A DNA stretch of 64,000 bases from a bacterium (GTDB lineage Bacteria > UBA8248): assembly GCA_965213625.1 (NCBI GenBank), contig CBDBZU010000004.1, positions 2,976,001 to 3,040,000 on the forward strand, in the 5' to 3' direction. Positions 1 through 9,191 of this stretch are shown in pieces. The first letter of the stretch is position 1. Each line of letters begins with the position of its first letter. Under the pieces are notes generated by a model. That model did not search any database, was not told the DNA's origin, and saw only the letters and a program-made list of their open reading frames with translations. The translations under genes were made by a program, and so were the position numbers.

Positions 1-931
1 GCGCTTCGTAGGCTCTGAGCTTCTCTGTCACCTCTTCCGGTGTGCCGAACAGCAGGTTGTGATGGAGCATCTTCGGATCATACTCGTCCCTGTTCTCCAA
101 CTCCGAGAGTTCAACCGCCCGGGGAAAACCATTGGCGACGTCTCCTAAGTTCTTGAACAGGTTCTCGAACTGGCCGAACTGGCGTATTGCGGCCTTCACC
201 GGCGTCTCCCAATCCTCCTTGCGGTCGTAGACCACCGTGTGGCGCATGGTAGCGAATATCGGCCGCGGCTTGCCGGGGTTGTTAGCGAGCGCGGTCTCCA
301 GACGCCCCTTGTAGAGCTCGACTTCCGACATCGGGCGGGTCAGGGGCCAGGAGAGGATGTTGCACTCATGCTTCACCGCAAAGTCGTAGGAGTCCGGAGA
401 GCGCGCCGCGATCCAGAGCGGTGGATGGGGCTTCTGCAACGGCTTCGGCACGGATGTCGCCGCCGGAAAGGACCAGAATTCGCCCTCGTGCTCGCAGTCG
501 CCCTGCCATAACGCCTTCACCACCGGCAGCATCTCGAACATGTACCGGAATCCATCGTTGCGCTGCAGACCGGGATGCATGCGGTCGAACTCGCGCTGGT
601 AGGCGCCGGAGGCGATGCCGAACTCGAGGCGCCCGCCGCTGTACAGGTCCAGCAGCGCAGCCTCGCCCGCGGCCTTGAGCGGATGCCAGTACGCCGCCAC
701 GACCACAGCCGAGCCGAGCCGGATGCGGGACGTGTGGGCGGCCCACCAGGTCAGGATCTGGAATGGATTGGGCGCAATGGTCATCTCCAGCGCATGGTGC
801 TCGGCGGCCCATGCGATTGCGAAGCCACCCTCGTCCGCCATCTGCACCATCTCAAGCGTATGGCGCTCGACATCTGCCATGTCCTGCTCGGGTGTCATGC
901 GCTCCATGTTGATGGCCAGGTGAAACTTCAT
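1..931 (-). CDS. LLM-class (luciferase-like) flavin-dependent oxidoreductase, 3' end runs off the window
   Basis: Not in ORF track. Manual minus-strand translation from ATG 931: MKFHLAINMERM...WAAEHH...RIRLGSAVVVAAYWHP...LDLYSGGRLEFGIASG...PKPLQKPHPPLWIA, typical LLM motifs. Confidence 0.9.
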   Translation of the reverse strand, partial: MKFHLAINMERMTPEQDMADVERHTLEMVQMADEGGFAIAWAAEHHALEMTIAPNPFQILTWWAAHTSRIRLGSAVVVAAYWHPLKAAGEAALLDLYSGGRLEFGIASGAYQREFDRMHPGLQRNDGFRYMFEMLPVVKALWQGDCEHEGEFWSFPAATSVPKPLQKPHPPLWIAARSPDSYDFAVKHECNILSWPLTRPMSEVELYKGRLETALANNPGKPRPIFATMRHTVVYDRKEDWETPVKAAIRQFGQFENLFKNLGDVANGFPRAVELSELENRDEYDPKMLHHNLLFGTPEEVTEKLRAYEA

Positions 932-985
932 ATTTTCAAGCCCCTCGCTAGGCTCATGGCGTATGGATTACCGATGAGTCACGTA

Positions 986-1705
986 TCAGGCGTTCTGCGG
1001 CGGCCAGATGCGGCTTGCCGCCAGCGGAGAGCCGGGTGGATGGATGAGATACCCGTGCACGCGCTTCGTCCCCTCGGTCTCCTCGAGCGCGATGTAGTTC
1101 GCTTCCCGCGCCTCTAAAGATGTGTACTCATAGAGCACCGAATGCTTGGGCCAGGCCGTGGCCACCAGGTATTTCCTGGCGCCGATGCAGCCCGGCGTGT
1201 CTGCGACCCTCGCCATGCGCTCCTGGGCGTACCATGCCTGGAGGTCCTCATCGTTGCCCTGCGCATCGTAGCGGCCCATCTGGATGGCGGGCGCCATGAC
1301 GTCGGGCGCTTCCCTCTTCCCTGCGTCCGGGCCTTCCACCCGCCACTCCTCGCAGAGGATGAGCCCTTTGGCCTGAATCCGCATCCCCGTCATTTCGCGG
1401 GTTTCGGCGTTTTGGCGCTCTTTTAGCTGCGCAGGGCTGGGGTCGTAGAAAACGCGGGTGGATTCCCCGCCGAAGAGCGCGATGAACCCCGCGCCCGACG
1501 CAAGCTCTGGATCGTCGGTGCGGTGCAGGCGCGCCGCAATCTTCTCGAACTTCTCTCCGGGGTGCTTCACCTCATAATGCGCAGCCCATGTATAGCCCGG
1601 CCGCGAGAGTTTTTCGGGAATGTGTACGCCGTGAAACCAATCCATGTACTCATCCCGTCCCTCCTCTGGCAAATCATAGATGATCGCCCATACCGCCCTG
1701 TCCAT
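986..1705 (-). CDS. Hypothetical protein, two EthD/DUF4286-like dimeric alpha-beta barrel repeats
   Basis: 239 aa; repeated pattern 'EYMDWFHGVHIPEKLSRPGY' / 'DLQAWYAQERMARVADTPGC'; RBS GGAGG upstream. Confidence 0.65.
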   Translation of the reverse strand: MDRAVWAIIYDLPEEGRDEYMDWFHGVHIPEKLSRPGYTWAAHYEVKHPGEKFEKIAARLHRTDDPELASGAGFIALFGGESTRVFYDPSPAQLKERQNAETREMTGMRIQAKGLILCEEWRVEGPDAGKREAPDVMAPAIQMGRYDAQGNDEDLQAWYAQERMARVADTPGCIGARKYLVATAWPKHSVLYEYTSLEAREANYIALEETEGTKRVHGYLIHPPGSPLAASRIWPPQNA

Positions 1706-1776
1706 ATTTCGCCTCCGGTTACTGATGAATGATTGGCAAATGAAAAGAATTCGAAGGTCGTCGGTATCGCCTCTCC

Positions 1777-2124
1777 CTACACTCCCGACGACTCGGGCTC
1801 ACGAGACGCGGTTTTCAGGTCCTGCTGAGTGAAAAGGAGTTTGCAGACCTTGTCCATGTGCGCCCTGAGCGGCGGATAGGTTGTTAGTTCGTAACTTTTC
1901 ACGTCCACACTGAACGGCAGATTACTCTCATAAAATAGAGTCCAGAGCCTATCGATCTGCTTTTCATTGATGGTGCCGCGCAATACCAGGTCGACGTCCG
2001 AATTTGGACGATATTTACCCGTAGCGCGTGAACCGAACAACTCGACCGAGACGACCTCCTCTGCATAGAGCGAGAGAATCTGTTTCAAAACCATGAGCTG
2101 GCGGTCCGAGAGTCCGTGGTTCAT
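1777..2124 (-). CDS. Minimal nucleotidyltransferase (MNT), HI0073-like
   Basis: LFGSRATG...SDVDL Pol-beta NTase motif; 115 aa; overlaps the HEPN gene by ATGA. Confidence 0.9.
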   Translation of the reverse strand: MNHGLSDRQLMVLKQILSLYAEEVVSVELFGSRATGKYRPNSDVDLVLRGTINEKQIDRLWTLFYESNLPFSVDVKSYELTTYPPLRAHMDKVCKLLFTQQDLKTASREPESSGV

Positions 2125-2546
2125 GGCTGCTCCCCGGTTTTTTCGAGGAATTGCGTGTGCAATGCGTCAAACGCGCGCAGGTAGTTTTTCCTGATCTCTT
2201 CGATGACGGCCTCGAATCTTTTCGGATCATAGTTGTGCGACATCTTATTGCGTGCATCCAGAGCGTCCATCCATGTCTGTCCATCTTCCAGTAAATTCGC
2301 CTCGAAGGCCTTGCGGATGACGGTTCTGGGAGTCACATGCTCAAAGACGAAGTTCTCGCTCTCCAGATAGTCCTTCATGAGGTTCCAGGCAAGTTCAGTC
2401 GTGTACTCGAATCGCTGAATAATCCCTTCTTTTTCAAGCTGACTCGGCTCTCTTTGGTCCATCATTTCGATGGCCTCACGCAGTAAGGAAAAAGCGCGCT
2501 TGTAGTTGTCGAAGCGATATTGCCAGCGTGGGGTGTCGTCGTTCAC
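2121..2546 (-). CDS. HEPN / nucleotidyltransferase substrate-binding protein (HI0074 family)
   Basis: RWQYRFDNY, GIIQRFEYTTELAW, RNKMSHNY (RX4H HEPN motif). Confidence 0.9.
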   Translation of the reverse strand: MNDDTPRWQYRFDNYKRAFSLLREAIEMMDQREPSQLEKEGIIQRFEYTTELAWNLMKDYLESENFVFEHVTPRTVIRKAFEANLLEDGQTWMDALDARNKMSHNYDPKRFEAVIEEIRKNYLRAFDALHTQFLEKTGEQP

Positions 2547-2744
2547 CGGGCTTTCCTCTCACTTGAGCGCTTTCAGGCCTTTCGACTCATATCAAGAATG
2601 TATCCACGACGAAACAACATGCTTCACGGAATGGTGCGCGTCAAGTATATTGATTTTCTAAATTCCGCTATCGCTTAGAACGAGGTTTCCTTCCGACGTT
2701 CGTTGGCCGGGAGCCCTGACATCGACAACCTGGAGCCCATATCC

Positions 2745-3374
2745 ATGATCTATGAAGTTCGCGCTTACACGTTCCCCTCGGGATTCGCCACGGAAGGCGT
2801 GGAGGATTTCGGCAAAATCATCGAAAAAAGAACCGCCATATCCCCGCTCATCGGTTTTTTCATCTCCGCCATCGGGGGGTTGAACAGGATTTTGCATATC
2901 TGGGAGTATGAAAACTCCGCCCACCGGGAGGCGGCTCGCGCCGAAGCCCTCGCCCAGCCGTGGTGGCCGCCGCTCCAAGTGGACAAAATCCTCTACCAGC
3001 AGACGCGCATCATGCGGGCCGCTCCGTTTTGTCCCAAACCAAGGGCGGGCGAGATGGGGAGCGTATACGAAATCAGGAGCGACGTGATCATCACGGGCAA
3101 GATGAGGGACATCAGCGCGGCGTGGGAGAAGAATCTGCCAGAAAGGGAGCGCCTCTCGCCCCTGGCGGCGGCGTTCGCCAACCCGGCGGGCGAGTTCGAG
3201 TCCGGCATCCTGAACGAGTTCCTGCACATCTGGCCCTACCGGGATATGAACCACTGGGCCGAAGTGCAAAAGGAGGCGGAAAATCTCCCCGCCTGGGATG
3301 CGGGTTATAAACCTTATCTCAGGAGCGAGACTTCTGAAATCTGGTATCCGGTGGCGTATTCACCCATGAAATAG
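2745..3374 (+). CDS. NIPSNAP family protein (two domains)
   Basis: MIYEVRAY...IGGLNRILHIWEY and VYEIRS...LNEFLHIWPY repeats, ends PVAYSPMK; GGAG upstream of ATG 2745. Confidence 0.85.
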   Translation: MIYEVRAYTFPSGFATEGVEDFGKIIEKRTAISPLIGFFISAIGGLNRILHIWEYENSAHREAARAEALAQPWWPPLQVDKILYQQTRIMRAAPFCPKPRAGEMGSVYEIRSDVIITGKMRDISAAWEKNLPERERLSPLAAAFANPAGEFESGILNEFLHIWPYRDMNHWAEVQKEAENLPAWDAGYKPYLRSETSEIWYPVAYSPMK

Positions 3375-3403
3375 CGGGGACCGCATTTGGCGATCCCCGC
3401 TTT
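3373..3403. terminator. Hairpin terminator between convergent NIPSNAP gene and tRNA-Gly
   Basis: AGCGGGGA / TCCCCGCT stem followed by TT. Confidence 0.6.
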
Positions 3404-3415
3404 GTCATAGGTAAA

Positions 3416-3490
3416 TGGAGCGGGAAACGGGATTTGAACCCGCGACCCCAACGTTGGCAACGTTGTGCTCTACCACTGAGCTATTCCCGC
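3416..3490 (-). tRNA. tRNA-Gly (GCC)
   Basis: Reverse complement GCGGGAATAGCTCAGTGGTAGAGCACAACGTTGCCAACGTTGGGGTCGCGGGTTCAAATCCCGTTTCCCGCTCCA: full cloverleaf, GCC anticodon, encoded CCA. Confidence 0.97.
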
Positions 3491-3568
3491 AAAAAACAAC
3501 TCAAAAAGTTTACCCGACTGGCATCGAGAGTCAAGAGTCGTACGACTTTTTGAATTCATCTTTCCCGT

Positions 3569-4654
3569 TCAACCCACCTCCAGTTTCTCCGCTAGCCAGT
3601 CCGCCGCGAGGGGACGCCACAAGAAAGGAATGTTGTTGCACACGTGGACGCCTTCCTCGTACACCACGAGTTCGCACGCATCGCCCGCCTCCGCCGCTAT
3701 CTTGCGGGCTTGCTCTACGGGGCACAGCCTGTCGCGCGCGCCGTGAATGATCAGCAAGGGTCGATCCAGCCCGCTCAGGCAACCGCGCAGGGAGATCTCC
3801 TGCGACTTGAGCGCGCCTTGCTCTTCATTTTCCGTCTGAAAGGAGACGCAAACCCCCTGGCGCGTCAGCATGGGCAAACCCTCCCAAATCTCCACCATGT
3901 CGTATGGTCCGCATACGCCGACCCCTGCCTTGAGGCGGGGTTCCAGGGCGAGGCTACGCGGCGCGTAGTAGCCGCCCAGGCTCACCCCCAGGGCGCCGAT
4001 GCGGGATGAGTCCAGGCGCTCATCTTCCACCAGATGATCCATGACGACCGAGACCACACCCTCGAAATCGGGACGCATCTGCATGTCGGCGTTTTCCCCT
4101 TGCGCCGGGCCGTCGAAGGCGAAAGTCGCCATCCCCCGGCTGTGGAGAACTTCTTCGAGCGTATAAAATTCCTCTTTTGTGGAATCGAGGCCCGCGACCA
4201 GGACAACGCACGGTGCTCCGCCCTCCCCTTTCGCCCCCTCGGGGACCCGCAGAATACCCGGCAAACCCCTCCCTCCCGGCCAGGGGATTTCCACCCGCTC
4301 GGCAGGCGGGTCCAGGTGCGGAGCGGCGCGCATGTAGGCAGCCACCTTTCTCTTTTGCGCCTCCGCCTTGAGTTCCAGGTCCTCATGGTAGACGAACTGG
4401 GCGAAATGATAAGCGAGAGAAGCCCGCACGTAGGCTTCGGCGGCGCTCAACATCCTGCCCGCCTGTTCCATCTCGCGGGCTTCGCGTTCTCGAACCGCCG
4501 CGCGCTCCATCCAGAGACGGCACCACGCATGCCAGGAACTTACCTTGGGTATGACTTCCGAGGCGTCGAAATAGGAGATGCCATTCGCCAGAAGGCGGAC
4601 GTACCAGTGCGAGAGGGCTTCTTGCGTGAGGGCATCTGCGGAAGACTCACTCAA
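3569..4654 (-). CDS. Alpha/beta hydrolase, FrsA / 2,6-dihydroxypseudooxynicotine hydrolase-like
   Basis: GLDSTKEE, FDGPAQGE, GVSLGGYY nucleophile, HGARD, GVHVCNN. Confidence 0.85.
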   Translation of the reverse strand: MSESSADALTQEALSHWYVRLLANGISYFDASEVIPKVSSWHAWCRLWMERAAVREREAREMEQAGRMLSAAEAYVRASLAYHFAQFVYHEDLELKAEAQKRKVAAYMRAAPHLDPPAERVEIPWPGGRGLPGILRVPEGAKGEGGAPCVVLVAGLDSTKEEFYTLEEVLHSRGMATFAFDGPAQGENADMQMRPDFEGVVSVVMDHLVEDERLDSSRIGALGVSLGGYYAPRSLALEPRLKAGVGVCGPYDMVEIWEGLPMLTRQGVCVSFQTENEEQGALKSQEISLRGCLSGLDRPLLIIHGARDRLCPVEQARKIAAEAGDACELVVYEEGVHVCNNIPFLWRPLAADWLAEKLEVG

Positions 4655-5415
4655 TTTACTTCTCCTAAAGCGGCCTTGCGGGCATGAATGCGAACCGACA
4701 CCACCGGTCGAAACGGAGCGTGGCCGGATATATCAATATCACAAAACCCGGCGCCCGCCAGCAATGATTCCCATTCGGTCTGCTCGCAAACCCCGCCGAG
4801 CGAGGCGTTCCACGCCTGGGGGTCCTGGGCGATCTCATCGGGCAAAGCACCCTCGCGTATCAGTTCACGGACGACGAGACGCCCGCCCGGCTTCAATATC
4901 CTGTGCGCCTCGGCGAGCGCCTTTTCCTTGTCCACCGTGAGGTTGAACGAGGCGTTGGCCAGCACGACGTCGGCGACACCATCAGCGAGGGGGACCTTCT
5001 CCATGTCCCCGGCCAGCAGATTCAGTTGCGCGCCACCAATGGCTCCCCTGAACGCCTCGCGCGCCCGATGAAGCATTTGAATCGCAAAATCCACGGCGTA
5101 CAGACTGGCGCCGACATCGAGTCTTTCGCTCAAGAGGCGCGCGTCCAATCCTGCGCCGCATCCCAATTCGACGGCCGTACGCACGCCTCTCAGATCGACC
5201 CCATCGAGCAGGTATCCGCAACCGCAATAAGAACCCGAAACCCGTTCGGGCAGACCGTCGATGAAGCGGGCGGGATAACCCGCACCCCGCGCCCTGTCCG
5301 TCCCGCCCTCCGGGAACGCATCCGCCTCGGCCAGATGGGCGTAGCGCTTTCTGACGAAGGATTTTACCTGCTCCTCCCACGCTTTCGGCTTCGCGCCATC
5401 TACGGTTACGGGCAT
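4651..5415 (-). CDS. ArsM-like class I SAM-dependent methyltransferase (atypical Cys pattern)
   Basis: SYCGCG, VELGCGAGLD, PLADGVADVVLANASFNL, EAHRILKPGGRL; start moved to ATG 5415. Confidence 0.8.
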   Translation of the reverse strand: MPVTVDGAKPKAWEEQVKSFVRKRYAHLAEADAFPEGGTDRARGAGYPARFIDGLPERVSGSYCGCGYLLDGVDLRGVRTAVELGCGAGLDARLLSERLDVGASLYAVDFAIQMLHRAREAFRGAIGGAQLNLLAGDMEKVPLADGVADVVLANASFNLTVDKEKALAEAHRILKPGGRLVVRELIREGALPDEIAQDPQAWNASLGGVCEQTEWESLLAGAGFCDIDISGHAPFRPVVSVRIHARKAALGEVN

Positions 5416-5422
5416 GGTCGGC

Positions 5423-6175
5423 CTAATGCGGCATGTGGGCCGGGTTCCAGAACTCCCCGGTCCGCACCATTTTGGCGATTCGTTCGCCGTGAGGCATCCA
5501 GCCGTTCTCGTTTTTCTTCGCCTGCGTTTCGCAGTCGTACGCCACGCGCTTGGTCTCAACGCGCCACTCGCCATCGCCCAGATATTCCACGACCGAATAG
5601 GCGGGGCGGTAGTCGCCGTCCCAGTTCATTCCGACTGCGGCGGTGCAGACCAGGGTCTGTCCGTCCACTTCGCGGACGTAGGGGCCGTGCACGTGGCCGA
5701 AGGCCATGATCTCCGCATCCGTTCCCTTGATCTTCTCCTTCACCTCCTCGTCCGTGAACCTCAGGGGAATCGCGTCTTCGATGTCGTCCGGTGTAGCGTG
5801 GAAGATGAAGAAATCATGCCCCTTCTCGGGCGTGATCGTCATCGACCACATGAGGCCGTCGAGATAGTCGATCTGCTCGGCGGAGAGGCGCTCGCGCGTC
5901 TTCTTCACCATCTCGTAGAGCCATACATGGTGTTCGTTCTTGGGCGGGTCCGTCTCGTCTTTTCGCTTCGACACCCACCAGTCCAGGTTTCCGGCGAGGA
6001 CGTCCACGTCCTTGCGCCCCATGAAGCGCTCCACCACCTCGGTGGGCTCGGGGCCGAGCATCACCAGATCGCCGATGACGATCTCACGGTCCGCGTTTTC
6101 TTTGGCCACTGCTTCCTGCACGGCATCCAGAGGCGCAAGCTGCGCGTGGATGTCGGAATACAAAATAATTTTCAC
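5423..6175 (-). CDS. Metallophosphoesterase (calcineurin-like)
   Basis: SDIH, GDLV, GNLD, FHATP, FGHVH motifs. Confidence 0.9.
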   Translation of the reverse strand: MKIILYSDIHAQLAPLDAVQEAVAKENADREIVIGDLVMLGPEPTEVVERFMGRKDVDVLAGNLDWWVSKRKDETDPPKNEHHVWLYEMVKKTRERLSAEQIDYLDGLMWSMTITPEKGHDFFIFHATPDDIEDAIPLRFTDEEVKEKIKGTDAEIMAFGHVHGPYVREVDGQTLVCTAAVGMNWDGDYRPAYSVVEYLGDGEWRVETKRVAYDCETQAKKNENGWMPHGERIAKMVRTGEFWNPAHMPH

Positions 6176-6207
6176 GTTGCTATTCCCTTTCCGTTATCAA
6201 AAGAACA

Positions 6208-6238
6208 GGGCCGCCGCACCCGAAGAGCGCGGCGGCCC
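6208..6238 (-). terminator. GC hairpin after the ABC substrate-binding gene
   Basis: GGGCCGCCGC / GCGGCGGCCC perfect 10-bp stem, followed on the minus strand by TGTTCTTTT. Confidence 0.65.
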
Positions 6239-6259
6239 GTAATCATACTTGTTGAAAAT

Positions 6260-7273
6260 CTAAATTTTGCCTGCCTTGGCCAAGGCCGCTTTCGTCACGC
6301 TGGTGTCGACGATGTCCTCATAAGAGGGAACCTTGCCCTTGATCTTCCCGAGGCGCTTCATGTAGTCCGCCGTGAAGGCAACCGAGGCTTTGGGGATGCC
6401 GTTGTTCACACCCCAGATCTTCTCCGCCACGAAAATGTCATACGTCTTCGACATGATCTCGGGGTTTTTCTTGTAAACGGGGCGCACCCATTTGTTCGCC
6501 GATTTAAGATACCCCGCCTTGTCCTTGTAGATGGATCGGTTGGACTGCATCATCGCCATGGCGAAGCGCACGTAGGCATCCTTGTTCGAGTTGATCTTCG
6601 AAGACGGTGCGATGAACGCCCCGTAGAAGAAGTTCGGCATCGCCTTCCACAGGTCCATCAGCTTGTTGAAGTTGGGCTTTCTCTTCTTGACGACGAGAAC
6701 CTGCTCGACGTGAATCACCACGGCGTCGGCCTTGCCCTTGAGCAGGAACGGAACGCGCGCCGGCGGCGGGGTCTTGATGTATTTGACATCCTTGTCCGTC
6801 AGGCCTGCGGTCGACAGTACGGCGAGTGCGCCCAGGTGGCTGTATCCGCCGCGCCCCTCGATACCGATGGTCTTGCCCTTGAGGTCGGACGGCTTTTTCA
6901 CCTGGTCGTTCCCGGCCATCTGCGCTTCGTTCAGGTAAGCCATGGAGTGGAAGAACTTCATGCCGCTACCCTTGGTGATGCCCACCATCGCTATCGGGGC
7001 CGGCACCCAGGCGGCGTCCAGACCGCTCTTCTTGCTCGTTATCGCCCGGTGCGTGGCGACACCGCCCCGGAAGAATTTGATCTCCACGTCCAGGCCGTGT
7101 TTCTTGAAGATATCGTTGTCCAGCGCGTAAAACACCGGCAGGTGCACCATGACCGGCGGCCGCACGGGCATGCCGAGCACGATCTTGTCTGCGGCAACGG
7201 ACTGCGCCGGCGCGCTCCACATCGTTGCGGCGAGAACGAACGCCGCGACCAAAACCATCCACATCTTTTTCAT
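6260..7273 (-). CDS. ABC transporter substrate-binding protein, NitT/TauT (NMT1/SsuA) family
   Basis: Signal peptide MKKMWMVLVAAFVLA; FKKHGLDVE, DLKGKTIGI; AAGGAG RBS. Confidence 0.9.
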   Translation of the reverse strand: MKKMWMVLVAAFVLAATMWSAPAQSVAADKIVLGMPVRPPVMVHLPVFYALDNDIFKKHGLDVEIKFFRGGVATHRAITSKKSGLDAAWVPAPIAMVGITKGSGMKFFHSMAYLNEAQMAGNDQVKKPSDLKGKTIGIEGRGGYSHLGALAVLSTAGLTDKDVKYIKTPPPARVPFLLKGKADAVVIHVEQVLVVKKRKPNFNKLMDLWKAMPNFFYGAFIAPSSKINSNKDAYVRFAMAMMQSNRSIYKDKAGYLKSANKWVRPVYKKNPEIMSKTYDIFVAEKIWGVNNGIPKASVAFTADYMKRLGKIKGKVPSYEDIVDTSVTKAALAKAGKI

Positions 7274-7328
7274 TTCAAACTCCTTAAAAAGAATAGAAAA
7301 TTCATGCCTCGACAAGACGCCCACTCAA

Positions 7329-8153
7329 TCAGGACTCTTGCCGAACCCTCCAGGAAGAGAACTTCGTTTCACAGATGTTCACCACTTTCGTTAAAGCTAT
7401 ACCGACTGCCATCAACAAGACAACAGGCGCCAGGCCTTTGTCCAGTTCCAAGTCCCCGATGTAGTCCTGACTCAACGCGCCGAGCCCCGAGATGCTCATC
7501 AGAAACTCCGCGACGACCATGCCCACCAGCGCGCGCCCGCACGCGAGCCCCAGCCCCGCGACGAGATAAGGGACTACGCTCGGGAAAATCAGGTCCCGCC
7601 ATCGCTGGCTCTCCGTGGAGCAGAACGAGCGCGTCACTTCCAAGAGCGAGAGGTCCACGTTCCGCACCCCGTGATAGACGTTCACGATGATAGGCATGAT
7701 GGCGAAGAATACGACGATGGTCGTCTTGCCCACGAAATCCACGCCCAGCACCATGGCTATCGGGAACGCCAGCGCGACCACCGGCGTGGCGTAGAGCGCG
7801 AACACGTAGGTGTCCACGGCGTATTCGAATATCTGGAAGCGCCCCATGAGAATCCCTAAAACGATGCCCATGGGAATCGCGATGAGCAGTCCCGCCACCA
7901 GGATTTGCGAACTCTCATAGGCGGCGGCCGTCATCTGGCCGCTGGCGATCAGGTCCCAGAACGCGACGGATATGGCGCTCGGGTAGCTGAAGGTGACCGG
8001 ATCGATGTTTCCGGTCAGCCCCATCAACTCCCACCCGCCGATGACGACCACAAGCGATATCAAGCGCACGTATACGGCGGGGTCCTTGATGCGCTCCCAG
8101 GATGCTTTTTCTGCCGTCGATACACCTGCTGCCGTCGGGGCGTCGGTAGCCAA
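7329..8153 (-). CDS. ABC transporter permease, NitT/TauT family
   Basis: Multiple TM helices, EAA-like loop, GMVVAEF. Confidence 0.9.
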   Translation of the reverse strand: MATDAPTAAGVSTAEKASWERIKDPAVYVRLISLVVVIGGWELMGLTGNIDPVTFSYPSAISVAFWDLIASGQMTAAAYESSQILVAGLLIAIPMGIVLGILMGRFQIFEYAVDTYVFALYATPVVALAFPIAMVLGVDFVGKTTIVVFFAIMPIIVNVYHGVRNVDLSLLEVTRSFCSTESQRWRDLIFPSVVPYLVAGLGLACGRALVGMVVAEFLMSISGLGALSQDYIGDLELDKGLAPVVLLMAVGIALTKVVNICETKFSSWRVRQES

Positions 8154-8167
8154 AGGTCTGGTGCCTC

Positions 8168-8977
8168 CTATTCAGCGATAAGTTCGGGTATGGGCTCGGG
8201 CTCTTCGTCGGGGTTGCGCAAGGCTTCCCAGAGGTAATGGCGCAGCGCCTGAAAGCGCTTGCCGCCACGGAGTTCTTCTAGGTTCCTGCCGCGGCCGAAG
8301 CCGGTTTCGAACTCAAAGCGTATTCTCCCGGGCCTGGGCGTCATCACCAGAACGCGGTCTCCGAGCAGGAGCGCCTCGTCGATGCTGTGGGTGATGAAAA
8401 TCATCGCCTTGGGCTCCGCTTCGTTGATGCGCAGCAATTCCTCCTGCAGGGTTTCGCGCGTGAGGGCATCGAGAGCGCCGAAGGGCTCATCCATCAGCAG
8501 GACGTCGGGCTGCGCGGCGAGCGCCCTCGCAAGGCCCGCTCTTTGCTGCATCCCGCCCGATAGCTGCGAGGGGTAGTTCGCCTCGAAACCGCCCAGACCC
8601 ACCAGCTCCGTGTAGTGGCTCACCAGGCTGTCGATTTCACTCTTATCCTTGCCCTGTATCCTGAGCGCGTAGCCGATATTCTGATCCAGGCGCTTCCAGG
8701 GGAAAAGCCCGAAATTCTGAAAAACCATGGCCATCTCGGGCCTCGGACCGTCCACCACCTCGCCCTTGAAGGACACCTCGCCCCTCTCGCAGAGAATGAG
8801 TCCGTTCACGATGCGAAGGAGCGTCGTCTTCCCGCACCCGCTGGGCCCCAGCACCGTCAGGATTTCCTGGGTCTTCACGTCGATGTCGATGTCATCGAGC
8901 ACATGGAGGGACCCGAACCATTTCCCGACGCCTTGAAGGCGCAGTGTCGGATTCGTGCCGTTGTCGGATGAAGACAT
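8168..8977 (-). CDS. ABC transporter ATP-binding protein, NitT/TauT family
   Basis: GPSGCGKT, LSGGMQQR, LLMDEPFGALD, FITHS. Confidence 0.95.
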   Translation of the reverse strand: MSSSDNGTNPTLRLQGVGKWFGSLHVLDDIDIDVKTQEILTVLGPSGCGKTTLLRIVNGLILCERGEVSFKGEVVDGPRPEMAMVFQNFGLFPWKRLDQNIGYALRIQGKDKSEIDSLVSHYTELVGLGGFEANYPSQLSGGMQQRAGLARALAAQPDVLLMDEPFGALDALTRETLQEELLRINEAEPKAMIFITHSIDEALLLGDRVLVMTPRPGRIRFEFETGFGRGRNLEELRGGKRFQALRHYLWEALRNPDEEPEPIPELIAE

Positions 8978-9191
8978 GAATAAGAGAATTCCTGTAGAGA
9001 AAAAGCGGCTTTATATGTTTCCTTCGGATGGGGAGATGATTCGCCACGCAACTCAAACCGTGGACTGATAGAACACTTATGAAAAAAGGCGATGCCTGCT
9101 CGCCATCCAGAGCCGTTAAAAATAATTGTGGGAGATTAGCATCCTTTAAATGAGGCGGCAAACACGGGGTTTCGCTCCCGCTGCCCCTTCC

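Noticed and set aside
3415-3750. ORF MERETGFEPAT...
   Set aside because: Antisense translation of tRNA-Gly
5414-7690. 758-aa plus-strand ORF and other long antisense ORFs (e.g. 21316..22518, 37295..38665, 60606..61817)
   Set aside because: Shadow frames opposite well-supported genes in high-GC DNA; no recognisable motifs
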